Below are positions 10,901-19,429 of a stretch of 44,587 nt of DNA, in pieces. The DNA lies in NCBI GenBank assembly GCA_037441705.1, contig JBBIRR010000034.1, positions 1 to 44,587 of the forward strand, in the 5' to 3' direction. The translations under genes and the position numbers were made by a program. The notes beneath the pieces were generated by a model. It was not told the DNA's origin, searched no databases, and saw nothing but the letters and a program-made list of their open reading frames with translations. The DNA is from Ignavibacteriales bacterium (GTDB taxonomy: Bacteria; Bacteroidota; Ignavibacteria; UBA10030; UBA6906). Numbering within the stretch: the first letter of the stretch is position 1; each line of letters starts with the position of its first letter.

Positions 10901-10979
10901 CAATCTCCAGGCCCTGGCCGAAGACCGCCGAGGCAGAGAACAACATCGTCACTACCAAAAGCGAGTAGAAACGACGCAT
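7962..10979 (-). CDS. SusC/RagA family TonB-dependent transporter
   Basis: Signal peptide, CarboxypepD_reg-like N-domain ([15 protein letters not shown]), [43 protein letters not shown] signature, YLKLREV near the C-terminus; AGGAG RBS. Confidence 0.95.
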   Translation of the reverse strand: [1005 protein letters not shown]

Positions 10980-11335
10980 AGGGTTTCTCCTTTCGACTTG
11001 TGAGGGAATATGTTAAAGAACAGTTGCCCCCCCAGAACCGCGAGGTCGAACACGTGTTGTGAACACCCTCGCGCAAGTAGGATACTCCCCTGATTGCTCG
11101 CGTTATGAAGGCAACCTCCATCGGTTGTGAATGAATGAGTGAATTGCGGCCGGATGAAAAACAGGAAAGGAATCTGTCGAGAGGGTTCGTGACATAGCAG
11201 GTCGATGAGGGTTTGACGATCTCTACGATGCGATGTGAAGAACAGGAGAAACTAAGGGTACAAATCTCTGGCACATTGTACCAAAAGCCACCACGATAAT
11301 CAAGAGGGTTTCCCCGGCGGCTTGCCGGAGTTTCG

Positions 11336-11806
11336 CTACCGCGCCACGTCTTCTTTCATCAAGCGTTTGTGTAAGCGATGGACCTCCAGCAACGCAGCAG
11401 AGCCGTACCAGGGATGGAGTTCCATAACCAACCTGCCGGCCTGAATGGCGGGGTCGGTGCCGGTGAGCTTGCGCGCCTCTTCAATCGAGGCGACGTTGAA
11501 GATGTAGATGCCGCGGATCTCTCCATCATCCAGAAAGGGACCGGCGAGGATCAGCGAGCCTTCATCCGCCAGGCGCTGGATGTTCTGCAGATGAGCTTGC
11601 TGAAGTTGCGCCGCCGTCGCGGAATCCTGGCTGCGGTTCGGACCTCTCCGCAGAAACGCCATCACATACCTCTTCATGCCATACTGATCCGCGCCAAGCC
11701 GCTGAGCAAGCACGGAGTCGTAAGAGGCCGACTCCTGTGACTGGGCAAACAACTCCATCGGACAGGTCAGAAACACGATAGCAAGTAGCGCAAGACCTAT
11801 TTTCAT
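11336..11806 (-). CDS. Exported YciI family protein
   Basis: LGADQYGMKRYVMAFL, AHLQNI, LAGPF and DPAI motifs; signal peptide from ATG 11806 (the longer ORF call runs through the octamer repeat). Confidence 0.8.
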   Translation of the reverse strand: MKIGLALLAIVFLTCPMELFAQSQESASYDSVLAQRLGADQYGMKRYVMAFLRRGPNRSQDSATAAQLQQAHLQNIQRLADEGSLILAGPFLDDGEIRGIYIFNVASIEEARKLTGTDPAIQAGRLVMELHPWYGSAALLEVHRLHKRLMKEDVAR

Positions 11807-11860
11807 CTCAAGACCGAGGTTGTTGAACATGGAAGAATCATCTCTCATCCCCCACCCCTC

Positions 11861-11905
11861 ACTCCAACACTCCAACACTCCAATACTCCAACACTCCAAC
11901 ACTCC
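11861..11905 (+). repeat. Octamer tandem repeat (ACTCCAAY) x5.6
   Basis: actccaac actccaac actccaat actccaac actccaac actcc read directly; intergenic. Confidence 0.9.
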
Positions 11906-11920
11906 CTCACCCCCTCACCC

Positions 11921-13345
11921 TCACAGCCCCTCTTCCGAAATGAGAAAGCACAGCAGCGCTTCCACGATCGCCCCCATTTCAATCTCGCGCGGATGCACTT
12001 TGTCAATCGTGTCGTTATCCGAGTGGTGGTAGTCGAAGTAGCGATGGTTGTCGGGCACGAGGCCGAAGCCCGGCACGCCCGTTCTCACCAGCGGATCAAT
12101 ATCCACGCCCGCATAGCCGATGTTGATTCTGCCGGCTTCGACCATCTCGAAGAGCGGCCGCCAGCGCAGCACGGACTTCAGCAGCAGCGAATCCCCTTTC
12201 ACATTGAAGCCGCGCGGCGTGTGTCCGCCCGCATCGGATTCGAGCGCAGCTATGTGCTTCTCGCCTTTGCGTTCGGCGGCAACGGGGTAGGCTCTTCCGC
12301 CGCGGACGCCGTTCTCTTCGTTCATGAACATCACGGCGCGGACTGTCCGCTTCGGCTTCACACCGATCTTCTTCAGCAGGTTCACGGCTTCAATCGCCTG
12401 CATGCATCCGGCGCCGTCGTCGTGCGCGCCGTGACCCTTGTCCCACGCGTCGAGATGTCCGCCAACGACGATGATCTCGTTCGGCTTCTCCGATCCGGTA
12501 ATCTGTCCAACAACATTCGCCGACTCGACATCGGGCAGTGTTCGCGGCGTAAGCTTAAGATGAATCCGAACAGACTTCTGCTTCTTCAGCATGTCGCTCA
12601 GCTCGTTCGCATGCAGCGTGCTGATGGCCGCGGCGGGAATCTTCTTTACCGTGTCGGCATAATTCATTGCGCCGGTGTGGGGTTTGTCGTCAATCCTCAG
12701 CGACATCGAGCGCACAAGTGCGGCCACTGCACCCATCCTTGCCGCTTCAATCGCCCCGCGACTTCTCTGGTCAACAGCGCCGCCGTACGCTTCGAACGTG
12801 TTGAGCTTCGTCGGGTCCATCGGGCGATTGAAGAAGACGATCTTTCCTCTCACTGTTTCCCCGAGCGAGCGCAGCTCATCGAAGCTCTTCACCTCCACCA
12901 CCTCCGCCTGAATGCCATCCCCCGGCGTCGCAACGCTTCCGCCGAGCGCACAGACGGCAAGCGTTTGCAGGCGCAGCGTTGTCGGTGCGTGAGAGACTGT
13001 CGGAATAATCCAGCATTCCTCCTCGCCGCGCACCCAGTGAGGCACCATCACTTTTTCAAGATGGACGTTGTCGAAGCCGCGATCCTCCATCATTTTCTTT
13101 GTGAGCGCAACAGCTTTCGCCGCGCCCTCCGAGCCGCTGAGCCGATGCGGCGCTTCCGCCGTTAATTGCTTCAGCATCTCGTACGATTCACAGTCACGCA
13201 AACCCGCTTCGAGCAACTTCTGGACGATGCCGGAATACTTTGCAACGTCGTCCGAGGGCGGACTCGCAGCGTCCGCTTTCGTTTGCGCGAAGGACATCTG
13301 CGCGAGCAACAACGTCGCGCTGATGAGAAATGGAAAACGATTCAT
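11921..13345 (-). CDS. M28 family metallopeptidase (carboxypeptidase Q-like) with PA domain
   Basis: Signal peptide; RLSGS, GGHLDAWD, GAHDDGAG, NEENG, LESDAG and YHHSDNDT zinc-ligand motifs; ATG at 13345. Confidence 0.9.
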   Translation of the reverse strand: MNRFPFLISATLLLAQMSFAQTKADAASPPSDDVAKYSGIVQKLLEAGLRDCESYEMLKQLTAEAPHRLSGSEGAAKAVALTKKMMEDRGFDNVHLEKVMVPHWVRGEEECWIIPTVSHAPTTLRLQTLAVCALGGSVATPGDGIQAEVVEVKSFDELRSLGETVRGKIVFFNRPMDPTKLNTFEAYGGAVDQRSRGAIEAARMGAVAALVRSMSLRIDDKPHTGAMNYADTVKKIPAAAISTLHANELSDMLKKQKSVRIHLKLTPRTLPDVESANVVGQITGSEKPNEIIVVGGHLDAWDKGHGAHDDGAGCMQAIEAVNLLKKIGVKPKRTVRAVMFMNEENGVRGGRAYPVAAERKGEKHIAALESDAGGHTPRGFNVKGDSLLLKSVLRWRPLFEMVEAGRINIGYAGVDIDPLVRTGVPGFGLVPDNHRYFDYHHSDNDTIDKVHPREIEMGAIVEALLCFLISEEGL

Positions 13346-13484
13346 GATACAAATCTCAACAAAAGAAAGTCCGATGATGGCACTCAAGGTAAGAAAATCG
13401 GTGTGAATTTCAATCGCAGGGAGAGGGAACTGAAGGGCCGAAAGACGGGCGTTTGGACTCGAGACTATCCAAAAAGAAACCATT

Positions 13485-13599
13485 GTCATTCTGAACCCTT
13501 CGGCTTCGCTCAGGGTAAACTCAGCGAAACGGAGTGAAGAATCCAGAAAATAGTCCAGTTCTGGATTCTTCGCCTCTGAAAAGCGAGGCTCAGAATGAC
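13485..13599. repeat. Palindromic MITE/REP-like element
   Basis: Terminal inverted repeat GTCATTCTGA/TCAGAATGAC (10 bp); inner perfect 13-bp inverted repeat GAAGAATCCAGAA (13536-13548) / TTCTGGATTCTTC (13559-13571). Confidence 0.8.
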
Positions 13600-13753
13600 G
13601 TACCAGTACTTTTGGTCAACCTCCTGCAGCGTCACGGCTCAACAATCTCAGTCGTGCGCCATGATGCCACACGAAGGCAACAGCGTTACTGCGCCAACGT
13701 ACCAATCCGTCATGCTGAGATTGCCGCAGGCCAGAGAAGAATCGAGACGGGTG

Positions 13754-13816
13754 AACCCTTAACCCTGAACCCTGAACCTTGAATCTCAAACCCCGAACCC
13801 CGAACCCCGAACCGCT
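13754..13816 (+). repeat. Degenerate heptamer tandem repeat (AACCCYG-like) x9
   Basis: aaccctt aaccctg aaccctg aaccttg aatctca aaccccg aaccccg aaccccg aaccgct, just downstream of the SDR stop codon. Confidence 0.88.
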
Positions 13817-13825
13817 CTCTGCCCA

Positions 13826-14860
13826 TCACCCTCGGTAGCGGTTACGTATGCCGGGAATAAGGTACTCATTGAACGCCCGTGCTTCATCGTACTCAGGCCT
13901 CCAGTCCCAATCCCTCCGTGCGGCCGAGTCGTCAACATCTTCGGGCCACGTATCAACGATCGCCTGGCGCTTGTCGTCGGGAAGAAATTTGATCTGCGCG
14001 TTCGGAAATTCCTTCTTGACAATCTCAAAAATCTGTCCCGCCGACGGGCTGAAGCTGGTGATGTTGTAAACGCTCGTGGTGAGCTTTTCTTTCGGAGCGT
14101 CATGCAGCTTGAGAAGTGCGGTGATTGCATCGGGCATGGCCATGAAGGGAATGCGGACATCCTCGCGCACGAAGCAGGAGTAGGGCTTGCCCTGTGCTGC
14201 GGCGTGCAGCATTTCGGGCGCGTAGTCGCTCGTGCCGCCGCTGGGCACCGTCACCGCACTGATGAGTCCCGGAAAACGGATCGCTCGAAAATCCACCGCG
14301 CCGCTCGGTGCGCTGTCCGATGCAAGCTGCCGGTAATGCTTCGAGTAGTAGCGGCCGAGGTGCTCGCAGTAGAGTTTGTTCACGCCATACATCGTGGTTG
14401 GGTAGTTCCACTCGTGTTCCTTCACCTTCCCTGCTCTCTTCTTCGTCTCTTTGTCGGGAAGGCCGTACACGGCAATCGAGCTGGGGAACATGAACTTCAC
14501 CGGCTGTCCGTGCCAGCGCGATTGTTCGATGGCAAGCTTCAGCAAATTGAGTGTGCCTTCGACGTTGACGCGGTGTGCAGCTTCGGGGGTAAATTCGGCC
14601 CGCGTCGAAAGCAGCGCGGCGAGATGGTAGATCGTGTGAACTTCATACTCGCTTTGCATGCGCTCCAACAGGCGCGTTTCGAGGATGTCGCCGGTGATCA
14701 CGTCACTGCATTTGGGCCGCAGCACTTCGTCAAGGGGCCGAACATCCAACGCAATGATGCTGTAGGCGCCGTTGCGAGCAAGTGCTTCGATAAGCCCGTG
14801 TCCCATCTCGCCGTTGGCACCGGTGACCAGCACGGCCGGTTTACGGATTGTTGCACTCAT
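13826..14860 (-). CDS. NAD-dependent epimerase/dehydratase (SDR), likely L-threonine 3-dehydrogenase type
   Basis: TGANGEMG Rossmann motif, YHLAALLS, PSSIAVYG, YGVNK (YxxxK), GGTSDYA and RQAIVDTWP, typical of SDR-type TDH. Confidence 0.8.
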   Translation of the reverse strand: MSATIRKPAVLVTGANGEMGHGLIEALARNGAYSIIALDVRPLDEVLRPKCSDVITGDILETRLLERMQSEYEVHTIYHLAALLSTRAEFTPEAAHRVNVEGTLNLLKLAIEQSRWHGQPVKFMFPSSIAVYGLPDKETKKRAGKVKEHEWNYPTTMYGVNKLYCEHLGRYYSKHYRQLASDSAPSGAVDFRAIRFPGLISAVTVPSGGTSDYAPEMLHAAAQGKPYSCFVREDVRIPFMAMPDAITALLKLHDAPKEKLTTSVYNITSFSPSAGQIFEIVKKEFPNAQIKFLPDDKRQAIVDTWPEDVDDSAARRDWDWRPEYDEARAFNEYLIPGIRNRYRG

Positions 14861-14966
14861 ACGGGATTCTCAGAATCGGTGTGAACAGAATTGTTGAGGA
14901 TCAAAGAACAGACCGAGAGGCGATCACAACGTTTGCTTCCCCCGGCATGTGTGCATGGGAGCGTGG

Positions 14967-15377
14967 CTAACTCACCCGCGAGGGCAGGCCCGGGAAACTC
15001 TGTCCCCGTTTGTCCGGGGGGGTCGTCAGATAGTTGACCCACTCGAGTAAGTCTTTGGGCGAGCTGCTCTTGCTGAGGAATCCCTCATAGCGCGGGTCGC
15101 GCACAGAACCGAGTGTCTCCTCGTCGCTGTGTCCCGAGACAAACAGAAAAGGAAGCTTCTCGAAGCGGGGCATCTCCCGCACTGCACGATGCAGCTTCCT
15201 TCCGTCCATCACAGGCATATACACATCCGAGACGATAATATCCGGCTCGATGATGGAGAGCTTGCGCAAGGCTTCCTCGCCGTTGGCCGCCAGCAGAACG
15301 TCGTGTCCTGCCGCTATGAGCAGGTCCCGCGCCGCAAGCCGATACGCAGGCTCGTCATCCACAATCAGAACTGTCAT
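14967..15377 (-). CDS. Single-domain response regulator (CheY-like)
   Basis: VLIVDDE, SDVYMPVMDG, FVSG and LSK motifs; ATG 15377. Confidence 0.88.
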   Translation of the reverse strand: MTVLIVDDEPAYRLAARDLLIAAGHDVLLAANGEEALRKLSIIEPDIIVSDVYMPVMDGRKLHRAVREMPRFEKLPFLFVSGHSDEETLGSVRDPRYEGFLSKSSSPKDLLEWVNYLTTPPDKRGQSFPGLPSRVS

Positions 15378-15411
15378 GGCGTCTTCCCCCAGGAGATTTT
15401 TCAAGATGCGG

Positions 15412-15681
15412 TTACTTCTTCTCACCTTCACTCGCATCCTGCTTCTTCTCGGTTTTTGCCGCATCGCTTTTGTGCGAGGAATGCGCGTCCTTCGCATTGG
15501 AATGTTTCATCTCCACATCGGAGCAGTCCCTCGCGCTCTTGCTTTCAGCCGAGCAGCAGGACTTCATCTCCTTTTTTGCCGGAGGTGCCTTCTTTGCTTT
15601 CTCGTCATTAGCAGATGCAGTGGCAAGCGCGAAAGCGAAAACAAGCGCGACTGCGAGTGTCGAGAAGAATCGGATGGTCAT
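15412..15681 (-). CDS. Small secreted Lys-rich protein with Cys-Cys motif
   Basis: Sec signal ending ASA, then a low-complexity K/E/A region with SCCS, DCS and His residues; AAAGGA RBS. Confidence 0.6.
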   Translation of the reverse strand: MTIRFFSTLAVALVFAFALATASANDEKAKKAPPAKKEMKSCCSAESKSARDCSDVEMKHSNAKDAHSSHKSDAAKTEKKQDASEGEKK

Positions 15682-15816
15682 CGGAGTTATCCTTTATTGG
15701 TGTGAATGAGATGAGATGGAAAATATTTGCTGAATCAATATACAACAAATGCTGCAAAGATACGACGCTGACGGCGACTGTGAGCGGATGGGTGTGTGAA
15801 GGGAGAAATCTGTGGG

Positions 15817-16797
15817 CTACTCCGCGCTCGGTTCCTCTTCGCTCAGATCGAAAGTGTAACCGAACTCCACGCCGAGCAAATAGGCAACCGTCAGTTGAAT
15901 TCCGCGGACGTTGCGATACACCGGAAGCTGCCCGAAGGCTCGAAGGTGACTCGGGCCGTCGTCGTAGGAGACCGACGCCATGAGATCGTGGTACGTGCCG
16001 CCGGTTGCTGAAAGGATGCGGCGACTTGCGTAATCCTGTGAAGCGAACCGGCTGCGCAGCAGAAGCGAGCCGGCGAAGTTCTCATCGAACGCATACACGA
16101 GGCCCAACCCCGTGATAATTTCGTCTCCGATTCTGTAGCCGTCGAAGTTTGTGCCGGCATAGCGGTACGTGCCCGACGCGATGAGGCGAAGCCCCAGAGA
16201 GGGAAAGGCGCGCATGAGATACCACCAGGCAACCAGGGACGCGGCGCCCGTCCCCGGCTGCAGGTCGATGGCTAACTGCGCGTTGTTTTGCTCCTTCGTA
16301 AAACTACCCGTCGGCACACCGGCTCCGCCGCCGAGTGCCAGCTCAAACGGCGATGTAATGGTCGGGGCAACCGCCTGATACTTCACCAGCAGCGTCATGT
16401 CGCCGATACCGGAGGAGCCGAACGTTGCGGTCTCCGAGAAGCCGGTGATCGCGTTGGTGACGGTGATCTCGCGTGACTTGTCCGCAAACGGCAGTGCCGC
16501 GAACAACGAGACGCGAGGGACGAGTCCGTACTCGGCGTGCACCGTGAAATAGCTGACGGCGGCAACGCGATGCAGCGGGTCGGCGATTCTCGTTCGTTCC
16601 TGATGCGTGCGAGTAAGCGAGTTGAGCTGATAGTTGACCCCGATGCTGAGGCGGTGATGGTTCAGCACGCCGCTCTCGACACCGCCGAGCGTGGACGCGC
16701 CCGCAGTGCAACAGCCCTGCGCGTACGCGTTTACGGCAGCACCGCATGAGATGAATGCAACAACGAAGGCAAACAGACGACAGGCAGGCGTGGTCAC
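15817..16797 (-). CDS. Outer-membrane beta-barrel, MetA-pathway/transporter family
   Basis: Signal peptide then QGCCTAG; SGIGDMTLLVKY, GVPTGS and LQPGTG motifs; alternating beta-strand pattern. Confidence 0.7.
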   Translation of the reverse strand: MTTPACRLFAFVVAFISCGAAVNAYAQGCCTAGASTLGGVESGVLNHHRLSIGVNYQLNSLTRTHQERTRIADPLHRVAAVSYFTVHAEYGLVPRVSLFAALPFADKSREITVTNAITGFSETATFGSSGIGDMTLLVKYQAVAPTITSPFELALGGGAGVPTGSFTKEQNNAQLAIDLQPGTGAASLVAWWYLMRAFPSLGLRLIASGTYRYAGTNFDGYRIGDEIITGLGLVYAFDENFAGSLLLRSRFASQDYASRRILSATGGTYHDLMASVSYDDGPSHLRAFGQLPVYRNVRGIQLTVAYLLGVEFGYTFDLSEEEPSAE

Positions 16798-16807
16798 GGC
16801 GAAGAAG

Positions 16808-17164
16808 TCAGTAATTGATGAACACGTCCACGCGTTCGGTCACGCTTCCGCCCGCATTGTCTTTCACGGTTACCTGGACGTAGTTGGGCCCGCGGCAGCA
16901 AAATGAAGCCGTGAAGCGTACGGACGACCCTTCGCCGATAATGTCGCCGGTCGATGCCGACCACTTGTACGTGAGCGGCTGATTGTCCGGGTCACTTGCA
17001 ACTACCTCCACCGTTGCGCTGGAGCCGACATTGATGGTGGAGGGAGTCGCTATCAAGGACTGAATGATGGGAAGACGATTGCCGGCAGTGCCGGCACCTT
17101 CATCCGTTGGATGCACGCAACTCAACGCGCTGACACCGATGCCGGCAAGAAGAAGCCACCTCAT
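16808..17164 (-). CDS. Lipoprotein with Ig/PKD-like domain
   Basis: Lipobox ALSC; ASDPDNQPLTYKWS and VTVKDNAGG Ig-like motifs; FCCRG; GGAGG RBS. Confidence 0.75.
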   Translation of the reverse strand: MRWLLLAGIGVSALSCVHPTDEGAGTAGNRLPIIQSLIATPSTINVGSSATVEVVASDPDNQPLTYKWSASTGDIIGEGSSVRFTASFCCRGPNYVQVTVKDNAGGSVTERVDVFINY

Positions 17165-17184
17165 GGTTCAACCTCCTGTAATCC

Positions 17185-17661
17185 TCACAGCATGGCTTTG
17201 ACGATTCTTTCAAAATCCGTTTTGTTCATGTAGCCGATGTGCTTCCTTGCGATGTTGCCGTTCTTGTCGATGATGAACGTCGCGGGAATGGCATCAATGC
17301 CGCCGTAGGCATCGGCGAGCGCTCCATCGCCAACCACAACAGGATAGGTGATGGGCATTCGAGCGAGGTAGGGTCTCACAACATCCCACCCCTCCTGATC
17401 GAGCGACACTCCGACGATTTCCAGCCCTTTCGACTTGTACTGATTGTACACCTCCATGAACCCCGGGATTTCTCTTCGGCAGGGCCCGCACCATGTTGCC
17501 CAGAAATTGACGACAACAACTTTCCCCTTCAGCTTGGCCAGTTCCACAATTTTCCCGTCCTGTGCCTTCAGCTTGAAGTTCGGCGCCTTTTGAGCAACGG
17601 CCTGGGCCGACGTCAACATCATGGCCAGAAGGCCAAGACCCACAATGTGTTTCAATGTCAT
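17185..17661 (-). CDS. TlpA/ResA family thiol-disulfide oxidoreductase
   Basis: Signal peptide, APNFKL, VNFWATWCGPCRREIP and IPATFIIDK; ATG 17661 with AGGAG RBS. Confidence 0.92.
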   Translation of the reverse strand: MTLKHIVGLGLLAMMLTSAQAVAQKAPNFKLKAQDGKIVELAKLKGKVVVVNFWATWCGPCRREIPGFMEVYNQYKSKGLEIVGVSLDQEGWDVVRPYLARMPITYPVVVGDGALADAYGGIDAIPATFIIDKNGNIARKHIGYMNKTDFERIVKAML

Positions 17662-17762
17662 ACTCTCTCCTGTTGTGTGGTTGAACGATGAATCTTCAGA
17701 GAGTATAACAAAATCTGTATAGAAATGTTCCTGAGGCGGATGGGCAAGCAAAGGTTCGAGCG

Positions 17763-18506
17763 TCAACGGGGGAGGCCGTCGAACTCTCCTCCAATCTTGC
17801 GAAGGGCAAGCCAGTCCAGAAGCGCTTTGTAGCTGATCTCCCACCGCCATTTCCATTTCTCGAGCGGTGAGACCCTCGGGACTTCAACAGCCGGGACCTG
17901 GTAGTGATGGAGGATTGCATGAGGATAGAACACCAGGGTTTCGACTTCTCCTACTCCTTCAAAGATTTCTTTGGAGCGCTGCGGCGTCAGACCAAAGAAA
18001 TCTCCGACGCGCGTGTACGCCGGTTCAGACATCATCACGTACTCGTTTGCCTGAACCGAGTTCTTGAGCATCCGATGAACAAGGATTACGTCCAGTCCGA
18101 AGAGTTTTTCAAACCGACCGATCCGTTCGACCTCCACCCGACCCGCGTGAACAACTTGTTTGAGCTGCAAGTCATGAATGTGCGTGCACGCATCGCAGGC
18201 ACACGTTCGGAGGGAGTCGATGGCGTGAAGTTCTTTTCTGAACGCGGCAAAGAACTCGAGCAGTTGATTCTTGACCTTCTGGGCAACGCCTTCGAGCGCG
18301 CTTCCGTTGGACGGCGCATAGAAGAAGACGGCGTCTCCTTCAAGCTCGACGACCTTCAAGGGCGGTTGTGCGGTCTTCATCAACACCGTCAGCAAGCGGA
18401 CGATGATTTGCTTTGCGTGACTGATGGCGATGGCATGTTGCTTCATGAAGCGGGTGTACCCGCTGATGTCTACGATGAGAAGGATCGTGTTGGGAGAAGT
18501 ACGCAT
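17763..18506 (-). CDS. DUF2652 family protein (class III nucleotide cyclase-like fold)
   Basis: IVDISGYTRFM, ELEGDAVFFY, CACDAC, LKQVVHAG and LFGLDVILVHRMLKN motifs. Confidence 0.75.
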   Translation of the reverse strand: MRTSPNTILLIVDISGYTRFMKQHAIAISHAKQIIVRLLTVLMKTAQPPLKVVELEGDAVFFYAPSNGSALEGVAQKVKNQLLEFFAAFRKELHAIDSLRTCACDACTHIHDLQLKQVVHAGRVEVERIGRFEKLFGLDVILVHRMLKNSVQANEYVMMSEPAYTRVGDFFGLTPQRSKEIFEGVGEVETLVFYPHAILHHYQVPAVEVPRVSPLEKWKWRWEISYKALLDWLALRKIGGEFDGLPR

Positions 18507-18703
18507 CGGACGCCTTGTTCCATCAACATACGTAGAGGCCGCCGCGTCTGGATTCCATACGCCTCCGCCGGCAGGGACGGCGCAAACTGCGTCTTGCCGC
18601 GTCTGCCTGACCGGACGCGGCAGGCTCGAGGACTGTGTGCAGACCCCTGACCGCCTGCCTCGCGTTCAAACCGTCGCAATCTCGATTGAAGAGTTCAACA
18701 CCC

Positions 18704-18749
18704 TTCCTACACGTAGGAAATCCCTGGGTTTGATTCCTACAATTAGGAA
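18704..18749. promoter_or_regulatory. Tandem 7-2-7 palindromic operator pair
   Basis: TTCCTAC-AC-GTAGGAA (perfect, 18704-18719) and TTCCTAC-AA-TTAGGAA (18734-18749), 30-bp period, in a divergent promoter region. Confidence 0.65.
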
Positions 18750-18905
18750 GCCCTGTGCTATCCTTTCAAACAATTCCCTCGTGGAATCCCATGAAATGAC
18801 CCTTCAGCACGCCAAAGCTTGCCGTCTGCAAATCGCCAAGGAGAGAGCTGTTTGGCATGTAAGTTGAAAAAGTCCACCCCAGCACAGAAAATCTCCTGCA
18901 GGGCA

Positions 18906-19406
18906 ATGATAAATCTTCGCAAGATACTGATCACCACCGATCTTTCGGGACACTCGGCGGCGGCATTCGAGTACGCTCTTTCGCTCGGCCTTCTGTACGC
19001 GTCGCGCATGTACGTCCTCTATGTTACCGAAAACGCGTCGCCGTTATTCGCGCGGCTTGCACCCGAGAGCGACGCGCCGCGAGAGGCGGCACGTATCGAG
19101 GAAGCGGCGCTGATGAAACTGGTTGACTTCATCACGACGCACGTAGGGAAAGACAGGAAGGTCATCCCGGTGGTTCGCAGCGGCAATGCCGAGCAGGAGA
19201 TTCTGCGCTTCGCGCAAGAGGAAGGCATTGATTTGATTGTGATGGCGACCCACGGGTGGACCGGGTTGCAGCATCTGCTCTTAGGCAGCGTTGCCGAGCG
19301 CGTTGTGCGCCGTTCGTCCATCCCGGTGCTGACAGTGAAGCCCCGTCCCGCGCGAGATGAGCTTGTGCGTGCCGAAGACGTTGCCGCACAGTTGCACGTT
19401 CAGTAA
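18906..19406 (+). CDS. Universal stress protein (UspA family)
   Basis: KILITTDLS..S..A and DLIVMATHGWTGLQHLLLGSVAERVVRRSSIPVLTV; ATG 18906. Confidence 0.92.
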   Translation: MINLRKILITTDLSGHSAAAFEYALSLGLLYASRMYVLYVTENASPLFARLAPESDAPREAARIEEAALMKLVDFITTHVGKDRKVIPVVRSGNAEQEILRFAQEEGIDLIVMATHGWTGLQHLLLGSVAERVVRRSSIPVLTVKPRPARDELVRAEDVAAQLHVQ

Positions 19407-19429
19407 GCCGTGCCGATGGGTGAACATGC

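Noticed and set aside
11861-13816. Short repeats as a CRISPR array
   Set aside because: Units are 7-8 bp and contiguous, with no unique spacers and no cas genes.
18541-18622. GCCGCGTCTG direct repeat and GC-rich hairpin upstream of DUF2652 as a riboswitch
   Set aside because: A hairpin is present, but I recognise no riboswitch consensus; an Rfam search would be needed.
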